A DNA stretch of 43,985 nt from a virus: IMG/VR virus record IMGVR_UViG_3300045988_075559; one strand, written 5' to 3'. Shown in pieces: positions 9,002-15,747 of the stretch. The stretch's first letter is position 1. The number at the start of each line of letters is the position of its first letter. The notes beneath the pieces were generated by a model. It had not been told where the DNA came from, searched no databases, and was given only the letters and a program-made list of their open reading frames with translations. Both the position numbers and the translations under genes were made by a program.

Positions 9002-9072
9002 TAGCGGGAGACGGATTCGAACCGCCATTCCAGGCTAAGGAGGCCTGTAAGTTTCCGTTACTTTATCCCGCG
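9002..9072 (-). tRNA. Initiator-like tRNA with anticodon CCU (decodes AGG)
   Basis: 71-nt cloverleaf with acceptor CGCGGGA/UCCCGCU and C1 opposite U72. D stem AAGU/ACUU (A11:U24); anticodon arm CAGGC-CUCCUUA-GCCUG; T arm GGCGG-UUCGAAU-CCGUC; A73. No encoded CCA. Confidence 0.75.
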
Positions 9073-9079
9073 GTAATTA

Positions 9080-9153
9080 TGGACATTCTGAGATTTGAAC
9101 TCAGGACCGTCCGGTTATGAGCCGGATGCTCTGACCAGCTGAGCTAAATGTCC
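9080..9153 (-). tRNA. tRNA with anticodon CAU, elongator type (Met or Ile2)
   Basis: 74-nt canonical cloverleaf: GGACAUU/AAUGUCC (G1:C72 paired), D arm GCUC-AGCUGGUCA-GAGC, anticodon arm UCCGG-CUCAUAA-CCGGA, T arm CUGAG-UUCAAAU-CUCAG. Confidence 0.85.
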
Positions 9154-9160
9154 GTAGCGT

Positions 9161-9195
9161 AGGAGCCACCTGCTCATAAAGAACAGATGGCTCCT
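9161..9195. other. Long hairpin (15-bp stem, 5-nt loop) between the tRNA-like element and the tRNAs
   Basis: aggagccacctgctc / ataaa / gaacagatggctcct, with 13 Watson-Crick pairs and 2 wobble or mismatch positions. No flanking U tract. Confidence 0.6.
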
Positions 9196-9202
9196 ATGTC
9201 AA
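9173..9202 (-). promoter_or_regulatory. Putative sigma-70 promoter reading into the two tRNAs
   Basis: Minus strand TTGACA (9202-9197), N18, TATGAG (9178-9173). It overlaps the hairpin, and tRNA-CAU starts about 20 nt downstream. Confidence 0.3.
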
Positions 9203-9235
9203 GGAAAATCAATATGAGTCTGGTGTTAAACCGGA

Positions 9236-9303
9236 GCAGAACATCAGGATTCGAACCTGCGGCTCCATGGCTCACGCTCGCTCCTATTTGGCGAGATGTT
9301 CTG
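9236..9303 (-). other. Degenerate tRNA-like element (acceptor, D and T arms; no anticodon arm)
   Basis: CAGAACA/UGUUCUG acceptor, UCGC...GCGA D arm and GCAGG-UUCGAAU-CCUGA T arm. Only 17 nt (G CGUGAGCCAUGGAGCC) sit where about 23 nt of anticodon arm plus variable loop should be, and they do not pair. Confidence 0.4.
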
Positions 9304-9380
9304 GTAGTCTGCCAAGTGGGTACTGGCAGACAACTAAGGGAAGGAGAACTCTGTATGATCTTCCACTGAGTTCAGTTTAT

Positions 9381-9425
9381 ACTATAACATTTTGAATCGG
9401 GACATTTGGGACATTCGGGACAAAC
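9381..9425 (-). promoter_or_regulatory. Putative late promoter: three tandem 9-bp repeats plus extended -10
   Basis: Minus strand GTTTGTCCC GAATGTCCC AAATGTCCC (9425-9399), then GATTCAAAA, then TGTTATAGT (TGn-TATAGT, 9389-9381). It sits directly after the putative activator gene and upstream of the tRNA cluster. Confidence 0.4.
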
Positions 9426-9426
9426 T

Positions 9427-9849
9427 TTAATTTTCTTTAAAAAATCTTTGAAATTCTTTTTTTACGCTCTCTTCTGTGGCTTTTCTTCCCATCTTTCCAG
9501 CTACCTGCTGCCACGTCAGTTCTTCAAACACCTTGTATTTTATGATTCTCTGCATTCTTGGAGGAATTGTGTTTAGCCACCCTTCTACTTTTGTCTTTAG
9601 CTGCTCTGCCTGTTTTCTTCTCTCTTCCAGTACCTTCTGTCGATAGCGCAGTTGGCTGTCGTCCTTAATAGAAAATGTTGTTCCCTGCACCTTGAAATGT
9701 TTTGGGTTATAAGGAAATTCGGGGTTGCTTCCAGACACGTTTGTCTGTATCACTGTCTTTTTCTTTCTGTTAAGCTTTTTAATCTCCTGTTCCGTTTCCC
9801 TGATCAGTTCGCAGGCATCTACGTATTGATTCAAAATATTCTTATCCAT
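9427..9849 (-). CDS. Putative late-gene transcriptional activator (sigma region-4 / ArpU-RinA-like HTH)
   Basis: ATG is 8 nt after GGGGAG. The C-terminal ...LTWQQVAGKMGRKATEESVKKEF resembles a sigma-r4-type HTH. It sits just upstream of the packaging genes. Confidence 0.4.
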   Translation of the reverse strand: MDKNILNQYVDACELIRETEQEIKKLNRKKKTVIQTNVSGSNPEFPYNPKHFKVQGTTFSIKDDSQLRYRQKVLEERRKQAEQLKTKVEGWLNTIPPRMQRIIKYKVFEELTWQQVAGKMGRKATEESVKKEFQRFFKEN

Positions 9850-9934
9850 CGGTATCGCTCCCCTTTCCTTCTTTTCACACTTTCAGCCGGGAGCTTTGCG
9901 GTTCCCGGCTTTCCTTTCAATGTCTTTTATTTTT

Positions 9935-10198
9935 TCATGCCGCTCCATGGAGCATTAGATATAGTTTTGTGTATCCAGGAGAAGTGTATTGCCCGTTTTC
10001 CAGCTGTAATTGTACCACATAGGGATATAATTTTATAACAGTTGCTGTATGGTATATGATTCGTGTGCTGTTTCCATCATCTCTTACCCACGCTTTTAAT
10101 TTAATCTTTCTGCCTGGGCGGACTTTGAACGTTCTTTTGAGTGTCTTTCTTATGTCTCCCATTCTCATGAGAGGGATGTTGCTTTTGTCGTAATTCAT
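9935..10198 (-). CDS. Hypothetical protein (87 aa)
   Basis: ATG preceded by GGAAGGAG; the palindrome 10211-10225 abuts its SD. Confidence 0.6.
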   Translation of the reverse strand: MNYDKSNIPLMRMGDIRKTLKRTFKVRPGRKIKLKAWVRDDGNSTRIIYHTATVIKLYPYVVQLQLENGQYTSPGYTKLYLMLHGAA

Positions 10199-10210
10199 TT
10201 TTCTCCTTCC

Positions 10211-10225
10211 TGACCGATTCGGTCA
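10211..10225. repeat. Palindrome TGACCGATTCGGTCA, copy 1
   Basis: Exact 15-mer, also at 13382-13396 and 30902-30916. This copy is intergenic, directly upstream of an SD. Confidence 0.9.
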
Positions 10226-10305
10226 CTTTTTGTTCGTAGAATCTGTATTCCTTGCAATTCGTTCCGGCTGTAACATTTTTGTCTTTGATGATGTGCAATG
10301 TTCAT

Positions 10306-10659
10306 CTATTCATCCTCCAGATAGTTTTTCCCGAATATTTCCGTGAATTTATCCCTGCTGCCACACTTCTTCTCAAATGTTCTCTGGCCGATCCGCTGTA
10401 AAGTAATTCGGACTTCTTTATTTCTATGTACGGCTATATCTGATGTTCTGTGGCATTCCGGGCAAAGATATACGGTTAAGCCATATTGCTCGGAGTATTT
10501 GCGGTTTGCGCTGCCATAGATGTGATGGCGTTCTGTATAACCTGTTTTTCCGCAGATGAAACACTGACCTTTTGCATCTCTGTCTATGATACTTTTGTGG
10601 TGTTTCTTTCGTTTTTTTCTAATGGTTCCTTTTGGGAATAATAATCCTTCCTGATTCAT
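10306..10659 (-). CDS. Zinc-ribbon / HNH-like nuclease-family protein (NinG/Rap-like slot)
   Basis: ATGA-coupled start. Motifs CFICGKTG...RHHIYG...LCPECH. Confidence 0.4.
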   Translation of the reverse strand: MNQEGLLFPKGTIRKKRKKHHKSIIDRDAKGQCFICGKTGYTERHHIYGSANRKYSEQYGLTVYLCPECHRTSDIAVHRNKEVRITLQRIGQRTFEKKCGSRDKFTEIFGKNYLEDE

Positions 10660-10913
10660 ACCCAGCACCCTTTCATTGACGGTACATCAAATTCTGTTCT
10701 CTGGAAGAATATCCCTATCCAGTATGTCTGAATATCTTTCTGCAGTTCTTCCAGTGTATCTTTTACAATCACGGTATCTGTTGGTTTGGTTAATTCAAAT
10801 ATTCTGCCTATGGATTTCGTCGGATAATCTTCCGGGTGTTCAAATACTGCAATGATCGGGAATCTGATGTCCTCTAAATTTATCTCCTGTATCGATGTGA
10901 CGATCTTATCCAT
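10656..10913 (-). CDS. Hypothetical protein (85 aa)
   Basis: ATG is 6 nt after AAGGAG. Confidence 0.6.
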   Translation of the reverse strand: MDKIVTSIQEINLEDIRFPIIAVFEHPEDYPTKSIGRIFELTKPTDTVIVKDTLEELQKDIQTYWIGIFFQRTEFDVPSMKGCWV

Positions 10914-11104
10914 TCATTTCTCCTTGAAATATTCCAGTTAAAGTCTTCTACTGCTCTGGTGGCTTCCTGCTTCTTTAGGGCTGCCAGACCTCCCCAGGGC
11001 TTGCCGATAAAAACATGGTAGTCCAGGCTGGTGTAGATTAAACAGTCCGGAGGATTCCATCCCATGGTTTTTCGGAATAGTTTCTTTTTCTGTCTTTTAT
11101 TCAT
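10880..11104 (-). CDS. Hypothetical protein (74 aa)
   Basis: ATG is 9 nt after AAAGG. The 3' end overlaps the next gene by 34 nt, so the call is uncertain. Confidence 0.4.
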   Translation of the reverse strand: MNKRQKKKLFRKTMGWNPPDCLIYTSLDYHVFIGKPWGGLAALKKQEATRAVEDFNWNISRRNEWIRSSHRYRR

Positions 11105-11181
11105 TTCTTATCGCCTTTCTTATATCCCAGCAAGTGGAGACGGACGGTATCAAAATCCTGAAGCAATGTGATATCCTTCAC

Positions 11182-11541
11182 TCATACTTCCACCTCGCTA
11201 TCCGCTGGCATCTGGAACGTCATTCCTTTTTTGAGCATTTCTCCAAGTTCTCTTGCATGTTCTTTGTTTTCTTCCGTTTTTGGCTTCGTACTTAATATCC
11301 TACATACTTCTGGAATTATATATTTTGTGCATTCCGAATCTCCACAGGCTTCCTGAATCATATCCAGTACTTTCACGGCTTTTTCTTTTGTGGAATATCT
11401 TCCTAAAACAAAATATCCTCCACTTCTCTGTGCATCCTGCCAACTCCAACATATAACATTCAATAAATCTGGGAGTTTTAGATTGACTACAATGTTTTCA
11501 AACTTTACCAGTGCTGTTTTATCCTGACTTCTGATTAACAT
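11182..11541 (-). CDS. Hypothetical protein (119 aa)
   Basis: Start ATG 11539-11541 (MLIRSQDK...) is coupled to the upstream small ORF stop. The ORF-track start at 11583 is an extension. Confidence 0.55.
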   Translation of the reverse strand: MLIRSQDKTALVKFENIVVNLKLPDLLNVICWSWQDAQRSGGYFVLGRYSTKEKAVKVLDMIQEACGDSECTKYIIPEVCRILSTKPKTEENKEHARELGEMLKKGMTFQMPADSEVEV

Positions 11542-11681
11542 TTTGCTCTCTCCTTTACGATATCCATGTTTCCTGTGTACCAACGAATGTTTTCACATTT
11601 GTCTCTAATCTCTCCGGCAGTGGCATTTTCTATCACCAGATTCCCTGTTCTGTCTCTCACCTCATACAGTCTCTGGACCAT
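11535..11681 (-). CDS. Small hypothetical protein (48 aa, below the ORF-track cutoff)
   Basis: ATG 11679-11681 is 6 nt after AAGGAG. Sequence MVQRLYEVRDRTGNLVIENATAGEIRDKCENIRWYTGNMDIVKERAKC. Its stop overlaps the next start. Confidence 0.45.
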   Translation of the reverse strand: MVQRLYEVRDRTGNLVIENATAGEIRDKCENIRWYTGNMDIVKERAKC

Positions 11682-11743
11682 TTCATTCTCCTTGCTTTGT
11701 GTCCAAGTTGGACACGCTATATTACATATTTCTTATGGCTTCC

Positions 11744-11932
11744 TCAGTAGTCTAATTCTCCGACCTTACACGGCAATCTCACAAGTAAGCCCTGTTCTTC
11801 TAAGTCTTCATAGGTGGCAAGTTTTTCAGCCACTTTAAAATTTCCCTCATCCCAGTAATATGACGCATTATCGCCGCTATCCTGCTTCATCATTATGAGT
11901 CTGTCATTTACTCTTTCAGTTAATCTCTCCAT
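11744..11932 (-). CDS. Hypothetical protein (62 aa)
   Basis: ATG follows GAGGTGAAGTAG, the same junction sequence as at 12487/12488. Confidence 0.55.
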   Translation of the reverse strand: MERLTERVNDRLIMMKQDSGDNASYYWDEGNFKVAEKLATYEDLEEQGLLVRLPCKVGELDY

Positions 11933-12487
11933 CTACTTCACCTCTTTCAACTTCCCCACCGCCCACTTCAAAGACTCAACAAACTCATCGTTTAATGTTG
12001 AGCGATCTGGATTCTTGATAAATTTTTCAATAGTGCTAACTGCTTTCTCTTCTGAGTTAGGTACTGTAAATTCACCATTTTGTGCAATTTCAAGAAGCTC
12101 ATCAACGTTGTATTTCCAATTAAATATATTACACAAACACTTGTTACACCTGGTATTTCTTTCATACAGTACACATTCTGTGCATTCACGTCTGCTGCAT
12201 CTTCTTACATCTGATAGCCACTCAATAAATTTTCTTGCGGCCATTTCTTTTTCCCCGAGAAGTTCCGACGCTTCGTAAAAAGTACTATCCTTTGATTCGA
12301 TACGTGCGCTGTGCACCACGCTTTTGTCATTATAAAATTTTAAAATATCTGGAAAATATTGTGTTGGTAATGGTTTGCAATCGTATTTTGAGTACCAATG
12401 AAATCCCTGCTTTTCAGCTTCTTTAAGTAATTTCTCGTTTTCTTCTGGTGTTTTAATTAGAATACATGTGTTTATTAAATTAACCAT
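11933..12487 (-). CDS. Hypothetical protein, paralog A (184 aa)
   Basis: N- and C-terminal similarity to the adjacent 12488-12853 product (...QGFHWY.../...QGFTWA...; ...FVESLKWAVGKLKEVK / ...FVESLKLLTDAIE..EEVK). Confidence 0.65.
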   Translation of the reverse strand: MVNLINTCILIKTPEENEKLLKEAEKQGFHWYSKYDCKPLPTQYFPDILKFYNDKSVVHSARIESKDSTFYEASELLGEKEMAARKFIEWLSDVRRCSRRECTECVLYERNTRCNKCLCNIFNWKYNVDELLEIAQNGEFTVPNSEEKAVSTIEKFIKNPDRSTLNDEFVESLKWAVGKLKEVK

Positions 12488-12853
12488 CTACTTCACCTCT
12501 TCCATCTGACTCTCTATAGCGTCTGTGAGCAGCTTCAACGATTCAACGAATGTATCCGTCAATGCTGTTCTGTCTGGGTATTTAGCGAACGTTCTGACAA
12601 GTTTTACTGCATCCTTGATTTTTTCTTCATCTTCGACGATTTCGGATGCTTCATACACTGTCTTTTTAACATAGTTGTAAGTAACAATCTTACTGTCGTA
12701 AAAATTCAATATGTTTGGAAACGGAATTACGATAGGGTTTAAATGGTTTTCTCTCGCCCATGTGAATCCCTGAAGCTTTGCCATTTTCAGAACACTCAAA
12801 TATTCTTCCTGTGTCTTTACAAACACGATTTTTCCAGTTAAATTAATCATCAT
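12488..12853 (-). CDS. Hypothetical protein, paralog B (121 aa)
   Basis: ATG 12851-12853 is 5 nt after AAGGAGG. Tandem paralog of 11933-12487. Confidence 0.65.
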   Translation of the reverse strand: MMINLTGKIVFVKTQEEYLSVLKMAKLQGFTWARENHLNPIVIPFPNILNFYDSKIVTYNYVKKTVYEASEIVEDEEKIKDAVKLVRTFAKYPDRTALTDTFVESLKLLTDAIESQMEEVK

Positions 12854-13295
12854 AATTTCCTCCTTTAATCGCATCAACGCACTGATTTCGACCATCGACC
12901 ATCCCGCACTGATAATCCGTCATATCATTCTCGGTAGTGTTTTTCTCCGGCAGTGACTTCAATGGACACCATTCAGGAATTATTTCTGCTTCTTCGTCTA
13001 ATGCTGACTTTCCTGCAATCGGGCAATAAATGCAGATTTCCAGACAGTTACTGTGATTTCTCCCAATTAAGCAGGAAACGCAACCATGCTCTGGTGCATC
13101 TATCATTAATACTGACTTATCGTGTTTTTCTCCTTTTTCCTGACGGTTTTCGTATTCTCTTAATTTCTCAAGCCATTTAATGATGTTTTTCATCATCGGG
13201 CCATCTGGAAGGATACACGCCATATCATTGTTTCTTCTTGCTGTCTTAAACCATTTTATGGTATCATTGAGATCATCTATTTCTTTCTTCTGCAT
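12843..13295 (-). CDS. Hypothetical Cys-containing protein (150 aa)
   Basis: ATG 13293-13295 follows GGAGAAAGGAGAAACAAG. The ORF-track start at 13397 lies inside the palindrome and has no SD. Confidence 0.55.
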   Translation of the reverse strand: MQKKEIDDLNDTIKWFKTARRNNDMACILPDGPMMKNIIKWLEKLREYENRQEKGEKHDKSVLMIDAPEHGCVSCLIGRNHSNCLEICIYCPIAGKSALDEEAEIIPEWCPLKSLPEKNTTENDMTDYQCGMVDGRNQCVDAIKGGNYDD

Positions 13296-13381
13296 CTTGT
13301 TTCTCCTTTCTCCTTCCTGTGATCTGACAGGCTCACACAGGAAGGATGTATCTATGTGAATTTTAGGGCACCCTTTTTTAG

Positions 13382-13396
13382 TGACCGAATCGGTCA
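13382..13396. repeat. Palindrome TGACCGAATCGGTCA, copy 2
   Basis: Exact reverse-complement-identical copy. It is intergenic, immediately after the stop of 13398-13625. Confidence 0.9.
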
Positions 13397-13397
13397 T

Positions 13398-13625
13398 TTA
13401 TCTGTATTTGTAAATCTCTTTTATATTTTTGAGCTGTACTGTCTTAGGTCTTTTCCCTCCCTGGTTATACTGAAATCCGGTATCTGTAATCTTTGTAATT
13501 GTTGCACTTCCAAATCCACCGCCTTCATGTCCAGACGCTTTGTTGAAAGTTACTCCTACTGTATCTCCCACTTTGAATTTCTGTCCGTTGTCGTCAATTA
13601 TTATTTTTTCTGTTCTGTAATTCAT
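13398..13625 (-). CDS. Small hypothetical protein (75 aa)
   Basis: ATG 13623-13625 overlaps the ParB-like stop (ATGA). The ORF-track extension to 13778 lies inside the upstream gene. Confidence 0.55.
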   Translation of the reverse strand: MNYRTEKIIIDDNGQKFKVGDTVGVTFNKASGHEGGGFGSATITKITDTGFQYNQGGKRPKTVQLKNIKEIYKYR

Positions 13626-15745
13626 TTTTGAATCTCCTTCAAGAATTCCACAAGTTCTGTTTCGCTGTTTTGATATTTGTTGTATCTGGAATGGTAGTTC
13701 CATCCTTTGTCGTTCTTGCATTCCGGCTTTGGTCCTCCTACAAGGTGCATGTAATGGTGTTCCCCTGGCGTATACCACTGGCTTTTTTCTGATGGATCCG
13801 GAGCAAATTCTTCTACGATCAGGCGGGCGCCGTTCGCGAAATCGTATTTGTAGTATTTAATTCCTACGTTCTTGTCCTCGTACCAGAGTCCCCAGCTCTT
13901 ATAGTTCTTTAGCCATTCCTTGCGTTGATCATTATTCTTCATGATTGGCAATCCTGGCTGTTCCGGTTCCTCCTGACAGTCTTCTACAATATTTTTGAGA
14001 ATTCTGAGTCCTGCTACAAGCATTTGTTGTTTTTTAATCACCAACTCTGGAAATCCTGTTTCTTCTTTCTCAACTTCCGTCATCTGTTTTAACAGGTCTT
14101 CTTGTTTTTGCAGATATATTGATAGATCGCCCGTTGATGGAATCGGGATATCTTTTAATTCCTCCGGCCATGCATCTGGGATTTTATCTGCATTTCTCAG
14201 ATGTTTTACCATCTTGGTGGAATCGCCGGAATGGTCTTCCTGCTGCTTTTTGTCCGGCGTTTCTGCTGCCGGTTGGCAGCTCTCTTCTATCCATTCGCAG
14301 CGGCTATTGCAATCTTCCGGGCATTGTAAGCAACAATTATATGGGTTATCGCAATAAGCAGCTGCCCCGCATATTCCTGATCCAGATTTTCCAGTGATAC
14401 ATTTTGCCGGTTCGGTTTTTTCTTTCTGTTCCGGCTGTTTAGTCGGACGATGCGCGGATGAATCACACTCATACCCGCAATCTCCATGCTTTTTGCAGTT
14501 CCAGCAGCATTTTTCATTGCATTTCTCTCCGTCTCCCTCTGCTACCTTCTGGGCTTCTGAAAGAGTGCAGTGGAATCCTTTTCTGTGAATGCACTTTCCG
14601 GAATTGATTTCTTTCTTATCTGGCTTCTCCGGGGCGTCAATTGTGATCATTTTGACTGGTTTTTTGACAGAATAACGTTTGATCAGTTCCTCTGTCAGCT
14701 CCTGCCAGGACATTTCTACTTCTTCCTGGCTATCCGGATTGAAGGTAATCTTATCCTGATGTCCCTGGTAATTAAGATATCCGTTGCGGATTTTTACATA
14801 GCAATACAACATACTAAGCATTTTTACGCTCATTAGCTTGTCTCCGTTGCGAATCCGGGCTGTTGTATTCTTCTTTAAGCTTTCGAAGAATCTTTCTATC
14901 TGCAGGTCTACAGGAATAGGTGTTTCGTCTTCTTGTGGCTTCTGCTGCCTGATCGCCTGCTCTATTGTCATCTGTCCCGGAATGTCTGCATTTAATGCCT
15001 GCTGATCCTTCAGGAGTTGAATATCTGGAAGAGTCAGGATTTTGTTCTTCATGTACATCTCGTATGCCATCTTCTGCAGTTCCGGTTCCAGGGACGCTGC
15101 AGCATCTGCCACAGAAATGTTAATCTCTCCATCCTGAAACTCTTCCATCAGTTCCTCTGACAGATGATTGCTAATGTTCTTGTAACGACCGAACTGAGCG
15201 TTTGACACTCCAAGGAGTTCTTTTAAATTCTCTCTGACTGTTCCAGTGATTCCAACCTTCTCTTTCAGACCCTTAACAATCTTCTCCATCTCCAGAGCTT
15301 CCTGCATTCTTTCCCAATCATTCTTATCTCTGTAATTGTTTGCCTGAATCACCTTAAATTGTCTCAAGAATGGCGTGATTGCTTCTCTCTGCTCTGGTGT
15401 CAGTTCTTTGTCCTCTGAAACATTAATTTCCGCAGCATACATGCACGGAACCTTCTCGAATCTGGTGTCCCCTTCTTCGATTAACTCTATGCAGCACAAT
15501 CTTCTGCGATGGCCGGCAAGCACTTTGTCTTTTCCATCTACATTTTCTATCAGAATCGGCTGCATCAGGTACCCTGTGATCTTTATCGACGCTTTGAGTT
15601 TGCTAATGTTTTTTGTTGTGTAGAAGTTTTCCTGAGTCGGCACCAATTCTCTGGGATCCTTGTATATAATTGCCTGCTTCTCTTTTCTTTCCGGCAAGGA
15701 CCGCTTTGACAGCATGTCCAGCGCACTAAATTTCTCTCTTCCCAT
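13622..15745 (-). CDS. ParB/Srx-domain protein with HTH and Cys-rich insert (707 aa)
   Basis: N-terminal ...KVLAGHRRRLCC... ParB-type motif and ...LLGVSNAQFGRYKNI... HTH-like segment. It is adjacent to ParA. Confidence 0.7.
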   Translation of the reverse strand: MGREKFSALDMLSKRSLPERKEKQAIIYKDPRELVPTQENFYTTKNISKLKASIKITGYLMQPILIENVDGKDKVLAGHRRRLCCIELIEEGDTRFEKVPCMYAAEINVSEDKELTPEQREAITPFLRQFKVIQANNYRDKNDWERMQEALEMEKIVKGLKEKVGITGTVRENLKELLGVSNAQFGRYKNISNHLSEELMEEFQDGEINISVADAAASLEPELQKMAYEMYMKNKILTLPDIQLLKDQQALNADIPGQMTIEQAIRQQKPQEDETPIPVDLQIERFFESLKKNTTARIRNGDKLMSVKMLSMLYCYVKIRNGYLNYQGHQDKITFNPDSQEEVEMSWQELTEELIKRYSVKKPVKMITIDAPEKPDKKEINSGKCIHRKGFHCTLSEAQKVAEGDGEKCNEKCCWNCKKHGDCGYECDSSAHRPTKQPEQKEKTEPAKCITGKSGSGICGAAAYCDNPYNCCLQCPEDCNSRCEWIEESCQPAAETPDKKQQEDHSGDSTKMVKHLRNADKIPDAWPEELKDIPIPSTGDLSIYLQKQEDLLKQMTEVEKEETGFPELVIKKQQMLVAGLRILKNIVEDCQEEPEQPGLPIMKNNDQRKEWLKNYKSWGLWYEDKNVGIKYYKYDFANGARLIVEEFAPDPSEKSQWYTPGEHHYMHLVGGPKPECKNDKGWNYHSRYNKYQNSETELVEFLKEIQK

Positions 15746-15747
15746 TG

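Noticed and set aside
8981-9028. N-terminal extension of the HNH ORF (MAVRIRLPLSENRRDG...)
   Set aside because: The extension overlaps the tRNA(CCU) gene and lacks an SD. The internal ATG 8978-8980 has GGAGGG 5 nt upstream.
9161-9195. Hairpin loop CUUUAUG read as an anticodon arm of a UAA-suppressor tRNA (anticodon UUA)
   Set aside because: The stem is 15 bp long and there are no flanking acceptor, D or T arms, so it is not a tRNA.
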